In this document: positions 53,281-64,000 of the stretch, piece after piece
Layout of the letters: every line of letters begins with the position of its first letter
Position numbering within the stretch: the first letter of the stretch is position 1
Assembly (NCBI GenBank): GCA_013265495.1
Contig: MU058844.1
Coordinates: 12,296,184-12,360,183 of the forward strand
Direction of reading: 5' to 3'
Length of the DNA: 64,000 nt
Source of the DNA: Vicugna vicugna
Taxonomy: Eukaryota
The notes under the pieces: model-generated
What the model was told of the DNA's origin: nothing
Seen by the model: the letters and a program-made list of their open reading frames with translations, nothing else
The model's database searches: none
Translations under genes and position numbers: made by a program

Positions 53281-53920
53281 GCCTTCCCTCCCTCTCCCGC
53301 CTGTTCATTGACCCATCGTCGAAAAAAGGAGGCTCCTACTCAGAGCCTGAGACAACTGAGACCAGCTTTCACATCCCAGATGTGGAGAATGGTACCGTTC
53401 CTATTGATCAGTACTAAGTGAAATGCGGTACTCCGGAAAGCTTAAAAGGTCCTTTTTGTGCTGGTAAGGAAGTTCTTGCGCAGCATCTGAGTACGTCTGA
53501 GGGAGCATGAAAAGCATGAAGAAGGGTTTGCACGACTCACATGTCAGCCCTCACAGAAAGCCTGCGTGATTTAACTGCCCGCATGCCCGCCTCAAGGGGA
53601 TTCTCCACGCGCTGCGTGTATCACAGGATGAGGTCACTTCATCTATACATTATGATCCCGCTTTCACTAGCCTCTCTCTTCCTGTGACCCAGGAGATAGT
53701 TCTTCTTGGTAAAGAACACAGAGACTCTTTTGAATATGTCCACACTTACCTCTCTCTTGCTGTAAAATGTTTTCTGTGTTTGTTTACATAGTAATTTGGA
53801 AAAACAGTTTCTGGTGGGCAAGTATTGCTCTGTCTAAACAATATTCAGAGATATTCCTGCTGCAAACATTTCGAAATTATTTAACACGTCTTTAATAACC
53901 AGAAATACTCCAACACTCAA
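53281..53920. promoter_or_regulatory. CpG-retaining candidate enhancer/promoter
   Basis: 16 CpG in 53281-53670; kB-type GGGATTCTCC at 53597-53606; forkhead-like TGTTTGTTTAC near 53776; minus-strand donor GAG|GTAAGT near 53748. Motif evidence only. Confidence 0.35.
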
Positions 53921-54239
53921 AGGCCTGTTTTATTACTACTAATTTTTCTTTTTTCTAAGTATTGAATTATAAGTGTACTGGCATTGTATGCAATCACCTA
54001 TGATGCGAGTAAAAGCAGTCCCCCCATTGCAGCTGGCAGGAGGGGTCACCTGGCAGTGGATAAGACTCACCATTTCATTGAACCCTGGATGAACTAAGGC
54101 CCTGAATAGCAAACACAGCTTTTCTGTTTGCAGAGCTTTTATCAAGTTGCACTGTGATCTTTGTGGCCCCAGGGCCCAAAATGATGGGGAAAGTGGAACC
54201 AGGATTACGTAGGGCATCTATTCCCACTCCACCTTCTTC

Positions 54240-55830
54240 CTTAATCACCTCGTCCACAGCTCTCTTCCCCTCTCACCCTGTAGTCTTAACTTGAAAATCT
54301 CATCCATTCCTAAAGATGGACCTAATACCTCCCTACTGATTCCTAAATGTGTGCCTCCAGGTCGTCTTCCTGACAGTCTATAGCTCCCCTCACCCCAGAT
54401 CCCTCCAGACAACACAAATGTAACTTCACCAAAGCAGAACTCGCCTTTCCTTTCCCAAGCCCTCCTGCTCCTCTGTTCTCTGTGACAGTCATAGACAATA
54501 CACCATGTCAATCCCAACAGAAACCTGGGTGCCACCCCAGACTCCTCCAAAGCCTTCCTTCCACCTGCATCCATCCTCTGAGTGAATCCTGTTGGTCTGA
54601 CTCAACATCTTTTATATACGTCCCCATGTGAAGCTACAATAAGATGTGTACCTATGGGTACAGTTAGGTATAAAAAGAGTGTGGCCAGATCAACTTGGGT
54701 TCAGAGGAGGTTAGCAATGTTCTGAGGAGAGGGTGACCTTTGAGCTGGGGCTTAAAGGGAGGTAGGTATCAAGGCCATTCCAGGCAATGATGGCAACATA
54801 ACCAAGACACGATCGCAAGCCTTTTGTTTTACCTAGAACCTAAAGCTGAGTGTTATGGGGAGAACTTGGCAAGAAAGGAAAGTGAAGCAAGAGGCAGGGT
54901 TTAGGGAGCGTGGGCAGGTAGGAACCACTGCCAAGGCTTAAACTGAGGGAGGACAAAATCAGACTTACCTGTGAGAAAGCTGTCTGGTGCAGGGCGGAGG
55001 GTCAATGAGAAAGGGGACAAGCCTAGAAGAGGAGGCTGTTGCTATAATCCAGGTGCCAGGGAGGCCAGTCTGCACTACAGGTGTGTCTGCAGGGATGACA
55101 ACAGACAGAGGCAGTGGTGAGGAGGCAGGACTCTAAGCCCCACTCTGGCTCTAACTAGGGCAGCTTTGCCATCTCTCATATAGATGTTAAGCTTCCACAT
55201 AAGCTTTTCATTTGAAGAAGGGTTTCTGCAGTTGGGAAAGCTCTGATCTACAGGGTAAAACCTGGCCCACGGAGCCCTCAGTCACATGACCTCTGACCAG
55301 CTCCTCCTCCTCTTCTCTCTCCACTCCATGCCCGGCCCTCCACCTCCTGTGACAGGGACTTCGGGTGCTTCCCACACACACTGTGTGGGCTCTTTCTTGC
55401 CACGGTGCCTCTCTGCTTGACATACTCACGTCCTTCCCTGTTCTCTTTGTCCTAGCCATCACCTCTCGTAAGGAGCCTTCTCTGATCCCCTCAAATCCTG
55501 AACTTCCATCCCCACCCCAGCTCATCCTCTGTCCCACGTCCGCTGAGATCAGAATCTTCCTGATCTTCCCACTCCACAAAGAGCCTCTGAACATCAACTG
55601 TCCTTCTTTTCTAATCCAGCTACTCAATGCTTAAGACAAACGAGCTTTTCTTTCTAATGTACTTTCCATTTGGATGGTTTTTGGTTCTTAGCTCCCCCAA
55701 TAAATTCCAAACCCCTGAGGGCAAAGTCAATGCCTTCCTGGTTTTTTTGTTTGTTTATTATAGGGGAGGGAAGATGTCTCTTTTATCACATCCAGCTGTC
55801 CACTGTACTTAGCAATTAGTTTTTAAGTGT
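54240..55830. mobile_element. Cluster of L2 fragments in both orientations (about 54240-54610 +, 54640-55100 -, 55330-55830 +)
   Basis: Alternating pyrimidine-rich and purine-rich L2 motifs (AGAAACCTGGGTGCCACCCCAGACTCCTCC; TTTGAGCTGGGGCTTAAAGG; CCCTGAGGGCAAAG). Confidence 0.6.
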
Positions 55831-55849
55831 GTGTTGATTTAATTATCTT

Positions 55850-55879
55850 TTCTTTCTCTCCTTCTCTTTTCTTCTTTCC

Positions 55880-55914
<35 letters not shown>
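55850..55914. repeat. (CT)-rich tract plus (CA)n microsatellite
   Basis: Read directly from the sequence. Confidence 0.9.
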
Positions 55915-55915
<1 letters not shown>

Positions 55916-56063
55916 TATTTTTAACTCTTTTAATTATACTGAATATTTGATGTCTTTGTAGTCCACATTGTAAAAGCAGATTACAAGTAAGATGATGTTA
56001 CAATGAAATTCTTTCCCATTCTTCCACTGACAGATGTCCAAGACTAGAATAGACATGCTACAC

Positions 56064-56469
56064 TACCATGCACTGAATTGTGTCTCTCCAAAATTCATAT
56101 CTTCAAGTCCTAACCTCCAATGTGACTGTATTTGGAGCTGGGGCTTTCCGGATGAAATTAAGGTTAAATGAGGTCATAAGAGTGAAGTCCTAATCCAACA
56201 GGATTGAAGATGTAAGAAGAAAAAGATCTCTGTCTCTCTCTCCCTGCCTCCCTCTCTCTCTCCACACACACACACACACACACATATATCAAGGAAGACA
56301 CGGCAAGAAGGTGGACCTCTGCAAGCCTGGTAGAGAGCCCTCACCAGAACCTGATGGTGCTGGAACCCTCATCTGTCTTCCAGCCTCCAGAACTATGAGA
56401 AAATAAATTTCTGTTGTTTACCACCCAGTCTATGGTATTTTCTTATGGCAGCCTAAGTTACCTAAAACA
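56064..56469 (+). mobile_element. MLT1A/B-type solo LTR containing a (CT)/(CA) microsatellite
   Basis: CTGAATTGTGTCTCTCCAAAATTCATAT...CAGCCTCCAGAACTATGAGAAAATAAATTTCTGTTG...CTAAAACA. Confidence 0.9.
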
Positions 56470-56966
56470 AACATCAAAGTTAGGGCTGTTGCAAAGCTTC
56501 AGGGTAAAGGATTTCAGCTTGTGCAAGGCCTTTGTCATGAGGGGTCCATTTGGAATATAATCCTAGATGCCAAAATGCCATCACATTTTCTCAACCTAAA
56601 AATTCACACCCTATCCACTCAAAAACAACAGATAATATGGTCTTAGATGAGAAAAGAATAATTTTATATACAATATATCTCAAATGGAAAATGATAATAC
56701 CTAAGGGGAAAAAAAATGAAAGAAAGTTCTTGATAAGGCAGTTAATTCAGATGTCTTCTCTCCTTGAAGGTCAGACTGTGGTTTCACTCTTTCCAAATGA
56801 CAGCAATCAATTCCCAGTGGATAACAGGGCGCTTTGTTACTTTCAAGATACGGGGAAAGATGTTGTGGTTCTCATGTAATAGCATCACAGATACCCAAGG
56901 CCACACAGAAAATAAATGATGCTGGAGAGTCGGAACTCCATCTCAGCACTAATTAAAACCACTCTT

Positions 56967-57099
56967 GGGGAGGGGAAAGTATAGCTCAGTGGTAGAGCAT
57001 GTGCTTAGCATGCATGAGGTCCTGGGTTCAAACCTCAGTACCTTCATTAAAAAATAAATGAATAAACCTAATTACCTCCCCCCAAAATTAAAAAAAAAA
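56967..57099 (+). mobile_element. tRNA-derived camelid SINE (Vic-1-like)
   Basis: TAGCTCAGTGG at 56982-56992, GGTTCAAACC at 57025-57034, AATAAACCTAATTACCTCCCCCC and an A-tail. Confidence 0.92.
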
Positions 57100-59039
57100 T
57101 ACTCTCTTTAGTATAGGCACAGGGGAAAAAAGAAAAAAGGGAAGACATCTCTCAAAATTTTTCTTCCTGTGGACCAACTAAATTCTTTGCATACTTGTAG
57201 AATTTCTAGTGCAAAGGTATGACAGTGATTATCTAGAAGCAAAGAACAGAAATGCCTTCTAACATACTCTTCACAGGTAATGGAGCATCCTTCTCTTGAG
57301 TATACTTCCCATGACGCAAACTCCTTATCTTCTAAGTCAGCCAGTTCTATTGTTGAACATTAAATCTTAGGATCTGAGGTTTAACCAAAACACATTTAAA
57401 AAAAAATCTTCTTTTGCAAATTCCTTCTGAAGCAAGATAAAAATGATGATTCTATGGCTGTTACACCCCACAAGTGCCCTTCAAATATTTAGAGAGTAAA
57501 ATAACAGTCACGCCTGATTAAACATAGCCTATTCCTTCTGGTCTAAATCTTTTACTCATTAATAATGTTAATTTTTTTCACTTTTATTACATTGGAGAGA
57601 AAGAAAGCCTATGTAATATCATTTTAATAAATAAGACTATGAAAGTGATTAACAGCTTTTAAAATCCCTGTTAGCAGAGCTCAGCCTTTTCTTTTTCTTT
57701 TTTTTTTTTTGGAACTTGCAAAGAAAGAAATGAGAAATATGCAATGGAGTAGCATGGGAGAAGAGAGATTCTCTCCTTCCCTTCTTTAGAGTTTTTCCCT
57801 TGATCACTAATTATTCAGACCAACTACAGAACAACTAGACATGGGAGGCGGGAGGAGGGGAAGAACCACAGATCCCCTGAAAAATGAACACATGAGTTTT
57901 TGTCTCACGGGATTCTCCGAGGAGTCCAGGAATCCGAAAAGGTTAAGAATCACTGAGGGAAACAGCCTTCCATAGACCTAAGACTCTAGCATCAAAAGGG
58001 TTAACTGTACGAATAGTCACTAAGTTGGTGCAGAGACAGGAATAAAGAGATTTCATTGGACTTTCAACCTCTGTAGACAATGGATGGTGTTTTTTCGGTT
58101 AACTTTTCCAAAAACGACTTCCTGCCAAGCAGTGGGTTGCAACACTTGCTCACAATGGTCCGCACTTCCCACACAAGCCTCTGAGAAAACCCTGATTTCC
58201 GTGGACTGTTTCTGAGGAGTGCCATTATATTAGAGTCGAGAAAACGGAGTGGGAGGGAGGAGGGAAACACTGCATTCAATTCTCCTACAATCTATTTTTA
58301 ACACGCCTGAGAAGGTTTTGAGCTATTAATGTAATGAGGCTGGATTCAAAAACAAACAAAAAAAAGAGCAGTAGGGCAGCAAAGGCCCACTGGGGAGGGC
58401 GAGGTGGCTGAGCCCGTAAGGATGCCAGCAGCTATTTCAGTATCACATGGATGTTCACAGTACTCATCACCTTAACATTCAATTGGGGGAAATCTTGAGA
58501 AAAAGCAAGTGTATAATATGAATGACTTAGCTTCTCCGTTGATTTTGTTTTTCACGGTCTGTGGTGATGCTTCATAACTCCCTGTAGCCCAGCTACTGAA
58601 TTTTATGTTTCACATGCTTATCAGGGGAAATTTCTACCATCCTCCACCCTGGTACTGCTCTAGGTTCTTTTTGCTTTAGTCATAAAAAAAGAAAATACAG
58701 ATTTGATCACCATGGCTGGGATTCAAGGCAGGTATTGATTGCTAAAACACCCAACAAACAGCTTAGCTAGTGTAGCATCATTCAAGGTCAAGATGCAGCA
58801 GATTTTATGACACTGTGATGGCCGTGATGCTCTGCTGTTAAACTTCAGAACGACAATGCAATCAACAGCCATCACTCAGGGCAAATCTGAGACCCTTAAG
58901 TGTATTATTTGTAATCACGTTTTGCAAGTTCACCCTCCCTTTATTCTCCAGAAGACCAGGTTGTCAGCCTGATTACTGGTGAACTAAGCAGGCATTAATT
59001 AAGAAAATTATAATAGCAGTAATAGTAATAATAGCAGCT

Positions 59040-59230
59040 AGAATCCGTTAAATGCTTGATAGTGATTATACACAGTATTGGGCACTTTATAAATGGGTGT
59101 CTCATTTAATCCTTGTTTCTCCCATTTACAGACGGTAAAAGTGAGGTTCAGAAAAGTCAGTTACTTTTACATTACAAGGCAATGCTGCTAGTAAGTGGTG
59201 GAGCTAAGATTTAAATCAAATTCCATCTTT
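59040..59230 (-). mobile_element. MIR SINE
   Basis: CTCATTTAATCC...CCCATTTACAGACGGTAAAAGTGAGGTTCAGAAAAGTCAG...TAGTAAGTGGTGGAGCTAAGATTTAAA. Confidence 0.7.
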
Positions 59231-60324
59231 CTCCAAACCCCCCATATTCTTAACCCCTATGATACATATACTATTTTTATCCATAGTCCTGGTCCACCCT
59301 GTGAATCACAAGAAATTTATATCAAGCAAGATAAACCACTTTCTTCTTAGAAAAATTTACCTGGCACTGTGTCTTAGAATTTACTGCTCGGCCTCTCCAG
59401 TTTCCCAGTTGAGGTGAGGATGGAGGAAAAGAGAGAGCAGGCAGGTGGAGAAAACATGTCATCCAGTGGGCTCTCATTCTGCACAACCAGCATCTTGTTA
59501 TTCCTTGGTCATCTCAGTCTAACATTCAACCTAAGAGAAACAGCTTCATACATTAGTCCAGCTCGTCTCAATGGAGCTTAATAATCTGCCAAACACCAAG
59601 CCATCCTACTAGTATTGTTACTGCTATGAGTATATCGGTATCCTGACTAGTACCTACAGAACAGAACAGGACAATCATATTTCTTAACCAGGGGGCTATT
59701 AGGCCGCTTAATGCTCCACGTGTCTTTTATTTCCTTTTATTCTCTTTATTATAAATGTATAGGTGCAATAAAATAATTCACTAAAATGTCTAAAAAGAGG
59801 CATAACTTGAACTTGTCTGAAAAGTTCAGGGATAATTAGAAATGGGAATACTTGGCAAAACTTCAACATGAAAGGAAAGAGGATGAAAAAAAAAAAAAGA
59901 TCACCCAGATTCACAGCGACATATGAAATGGATTTCTGGGATGTGATTCTCTAAACTAGCCTCAATTCTCAACTCTCAGCATCTCAACTTTCTCTCCTTG
60001 GCCCACTTGCCTTCTGTTTTAAGCTGCCTCCTATCCACAGATCCTTATGCCACTTATGCTAGGACAAAAATTATGCTAATTACTGATAAATGGACAATCT
60101 CAATGATATTAAAATTAAGAAGGAAAAGAACCCTGAAATTTCTATGTAGAGCCAAACAATTTTACAAAGCTGTTTTGTTTTCATTAAGTAAATCATATAT
60201 ATTTATTAGAGATCATTTAGAAAATATAGAAAATATGAAGAAAATGAAAATTACCCATATTCATAGAAAGTGGAGATAACCACTATTAATTTTTTAACTT
60301 CTTTCAAATATTTATTCTGTTGAT

Positions 60325-60650
60325 ATTCATTCATTCATTCAACAAAAACTATTGAGTATCTATTATGTGCCAGGCAATGTTCTAAGTGTTGAAGATACAG
60401 CAGTAAAAAGAAAATGGCAAAAAATTTCTACCTAATGGAGCTTATATTCTAGTTGGGGGAGACAGATGATAACCCCCCTAAAATGAGGAAATCATATGGT
60501 ATACCAGAAGGTGGCAAGTGCTGTGGAGAAAAATATAGTTGGGAAGAGGGGTTGGGTGTTCTGGGCTGGAGTGAGGGTTGTCATTCTAGTTAGGGTGAGT
60601 CAGTCACTAAGAAGACGACAATCCAGCAAAGCCTTGGAGAGGGTGAGACA
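60325..60650 (-). mobile_element. L2a 3' end
   Basis: ATTCATTCATTCATTCAACAAAAACTATTGAGTATCTATTATGTGCCAGGCAATGTTCTAAG. Confidence 0.8.
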
Positions 60651-60719
60651 CAAATCCATACAGATAGTTCACAAAACAACCTCAGACTAAAACAGAATAC
60701 AAAAAGAAGCACTTGTTTC

Positions 60720-62230
60720 TTGCTCAGTTTTGCTGGTGTCCTGGGGCAGCTTTGTCTCAGGTAGCAGTCACTGGAGTGGTCCTCCTCTGCCCGTTTCTTA
60801 CCCTTCTCCTGAGACCAGGAGGCCCTCAGAGGCTTCTTCTTTTCATGACAGTGGCAGAAGCACAAAAAGGCAAGAGCCACCACTCAGGCATATTTTAAGC
60901 ATTTGCTGGCACTATGGATGTGAAAATACCATTTGCCAAAACAAGTCACATGGCCAAGCCCAAGGTCAAAGTGGACAGACACTCTCATATAGAAAAATGG
61001 AGGTGAGGGAATAAAGCGAATATTTTTAAACAACAATCTAGTCCTGTCTAATGTTTACAAATAGTCATATTCCTTTCATATGCAAAGTATTCACTCCCAT
61101 CTCAAGTCCCTCCCCCCAAATCTCATCCATTAGATAACATCAGACTCAAAGTCCAGGATCTCAGGACCCACATCAAGTCTAGATGTGCCTCCTCTTTTTC
61201 AGAGACCCAGGATCGAAATGGGCAGACTATCTCCCTCTTCTCATCCAAAATACAATAACAAAATAAGGACAGGATAACCACAATAAACAATCCCATTCGA
61301 AAAAAGGCAAGAATGAGAGACACGTGGCAACCAATGGTCCACAGCAATTCTGAAGGCCCACTATAAATGTGTTGCAATGTTCTCCTGAGGGGAGAAAATG
61401 TTTCTTGGTTTGGTCCAAGTTCTGATCTCTGCAAGTCTCTGCCTAGTCCTTTGTTCTCCAAGCTGTTGACAAAGCCCTCTATGGACGTGGTGGACATCCT
61501 TCCTTCTACATTCTCTTCCTTGGCCTTCTGACAAGGACACTGGAAAATATACCATTCCTAAATCCTAAGTAGCTTTCTCAGCCTGCTTCCTGTGTACAGA
61601 ATGCTAAGATGTCATTTTTTAAAACTCATATAGTCTTAGTCCCTGTTAGTCCAGCCTGGGGTTGTTTTCATCCAGGCTGGAGTTAGTCCAATTCAGTTTT
61701 CTCAAAGACTTTGGGGTACTCCTGTGTATTAGAGTCTAATCAACACCATTTGCTGAAAACCACACCCATCATTCTTTCTGAGACACATCCCTCTTTCCAG
61801 ATTCAGTTATATGTACTTCAGGCACATCAGCTTCTGTAAAGTACACTTAATGCAATTCAACAATAATTATCTATTTTTCCTTCTTTTTTTTCTTAATAAT
61901 TACTTATTTTTCAATCATAAGTTTGCAGGTCATTTGGGGCAGCTCTGCTTCAGCATGTAGATTCACATTATGGGGAAGCTGGGGTGGCTCTGCCCCATGA
62001 CTCTTTTATTCTCCTCCTGGGACCAGCAGGCTCTCCAGAGGTCAAGTTTACTCAGGGCAATGGGAGAAATGCAAGAGTGGCCTCCAAGTGCACTCTGGAA
62101 ATGAATGAAAGGGTGGGCACACAGACACCTACCCTCCTTGTGCCCAGATGGGCACATCCTTTTAGTTTCTTTACCAAACCAGTGATGTGGCCCCACATCC
62201 ATTGCTGAGAAATGCAGACCCTGGCTGGGA
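60720..62230 (-). mobile_element. Composite of old MLT1 (K/L-type) LTR pieces and MaLR internal sequence
   Basis: AAGTCACATGGCCAAGCCCAAGGTCAA (about 60945); GGGGCAGCTCTGCTTC...GGCAATGGGAGAAATGCAAGAG (about 61935-62080); MaLR-internal-like sequence at 61080-61790. Boundaries are approximate. Confidence 0.55.
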
Positions 62231-63189
62231 TCCCAGCCACGACTCTACACTGGGGAAGGGAAGCTCAAATCTTTGGAACTCAACTGGCCTTCTCCATCAT
62301 GATGGAGAAAAGTTTCACTATACAACCTTACACAAAGGAAAACACATTAAAAATATATATAGTATAATGTCACTTCTATGACCTATCCAGGGAGCTTAAT
62401 GTGGTAGGAGATGTTGATGTATTTGTAGATGTAGATGAATAGAGAAAAAAAATCAAGTTATATATTACAAATGGTTATTGATGCATAGGGCGGTTACAAG
62501 CAGTTTTATTTTCTTTTCACTTATATACAAATATGAAAAATTTATACTCTAAAAATTAGAGTAAATTTTTTTCTTTTTAATATTTTTAATCAATAGCACT
62601 GGCTAGATTATTAGAAACATTATAATCTCTTCTTTTCTATTGTGTACTGTTTTTCCTACACAGCAATTAACAAGAACCTGAAAATGGGAGTACACACATA
62701 TATCAATGATACATTCCCTCAGCCTATTCTGTCTTTAAGCAATGACTTGTTTTTGCTGTTCACCTAGAAATAATGGGACATTTTGGAGAAAATTGCTCCA
62801 ATGACTTTTCTATAGAAATTTTCTTTTAAAAAAAGCTACTGGAGAGAGCAGTATTTAGATGAAATGCTAAAAGGAGTCAACTATAGAGATAAAAAATCGC
62901 CTGTAGCTTAGAAGATTTTATAATATGACAATTTGTCTTAAAGATAGTTAAGAAATAATTCTCCAAGAAAAAGAATATCTCTGAAATCAACTATTTAAAA
63001 TCTGTAATATAGAGTAAAATTTTTATAATGAGAAAATAATAAAATGCTATAAAAAGCACAAACAAATTTCTTTTTTACAGCACAGTGATATTTGCTATTT
63101 TCTCTAAGGATCTGTCGGTAAGACATTGTCATTCTTTTTTCACTTTTTCCTTCATTTTAGAAAAAAGAAGTATCCATTTTTAATTTCTG

Positions 63190-63211
63190 TCATTTCTTTC
63201 GAAAGAAATGA
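63190..63211. repeat. Perfect 22-bp palindrome TCATTTCTTTCGAAAGAAATGA
   Basis: Read directly; 11-bp arms with no spacer. Confidence 0.95.
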
Positions 63212-64000
63212 TTACGCTTTGATTTTTGGTCTGCCACCAATCTCGATCATTCTTTTGAGAACACTCACAAAACCCTACATTACTCTGGATATGTTGACAG
63301 TCAAAGGCATTACCTTCCAGCACACAGAAAGAGCAAGGGTAAAGGCTTTTTCCTTGTCATTTTAAAAGGAACTATTTCAGTGGCCTTAGTGTCAAGCTCT
63401 ACGTCAGCAGATATGTTCCCAAGAGACAGAATAGCTCAAGGGGCATAGAAATTAATGTTCTGATCTTTCCCCTGTGGTCTCTCTTCTGAATAGATTCATG
63501 TTGACAAAGAGTCACTGTCATCTTACATTTGGTCATCTCTATCCACCAAAGGAGAGTGAATGTGTACTATCCAAATCATTCACTTAAATTGCTTCTCATG
63601 AAGGTAATTTGTAAACTACAGTTCAAGAATTTCCTTTATAAATGATTTCTTACTGCTAGTGAAACTACAGTCTTCAATCATCAGAAGCCAAAATAAATAA
63701 TGAATTTTAAAGTTTTATTCCAAGTTTTATTCACCTAAATCTAATGTTTTCGTCCCCATCTTGATCTTTCTGTCACAGAACCCTTGCCAATTATCCCCTG
63801 TAAAGAGAAAACTTTTCAGAGTATCATAAAATATAAAGAGGCAAGGTACAAGACAAATTAGCACTAGTCCATTTTTCCACGAAGGTTAACATCTAATTGG
63901 GAAGATAAAGCAGATGTGGAAAATTATCTAGAAACTACGATAATAATATTATCAGTGTGGTACCATTCCACGTGATAAAAAAGCAAGAAATCTCCCTCAT

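Noticed and set aside
18647-57099. Four tRNA-like sequences as tRNA genes
   Set aside because: They have A/B boxes but carry a shared non-tRNA tail, A-rich ends and TSDs, so they are SINE copies.
63108-63340. Plus-strand 9-nt micro-exon followed by an exon at about 63160-63339
   Set aside because: The implied intron would be only about 43 nt, and the peptide has no recognisable homology.
17-63365. The many 60-140 aa ORFs in the six-frame track as genes
   Set aside because: None resembles a protein I recognise except the Tigger1 transposase and L1 ORF2 remnants. Most overlap L1, L2, MLT1, SINEs, microsatellites or N-runs, and their lengths fit chance expectation.
1-64000. CRISPR arrays, rRNA, prokaryotic or viral systems
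   Set aside because: No regularly interspaced repeats, rRNA-like sequence or dense coding regions; the repeat content is eutherian throughout.

Overview
AT-rich mammalian non-coding DNA, most likely camelid (alpaca/camel), inferred from four tRNA-derived SINEs resembling the camelid Vic-1 family. No protein-coding gene could be recognised with confidence; the supplied ORFs are mostly repeat translations or chance ORFs. The window is dominated by transposable elements: a near full-length decayed Tigger1, MER33/MER104/MER102-like DNA transposon pieces, MaLR (MLT1) LTRs and internal segments, old and lineage-specific L1 fragments, L2 and MIR. Six N-runs behave as length-preserving masks inside repeats rather than true gaps. 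The most notable observations are several insertions bounded by target-site duplications (TSDs) with non-standard structure: an L1 5'-end-only fragment (29748-29876), an L1 inter-ORF/ORF2-start-only fragment (44893-45145), a 493-bp orphan insert inside Tigger1 (7262-7754), and an L1 with a 3' transduction (23241-23520). There is also a speculative in-frame chain of minus-strand micro-exons at 3.7-6.6 kb, CpG-retaining regulatory-looking segments, and a perfect 22-bp palindrome. Repeat family names come from recalled consensus sequences, not from a database search.
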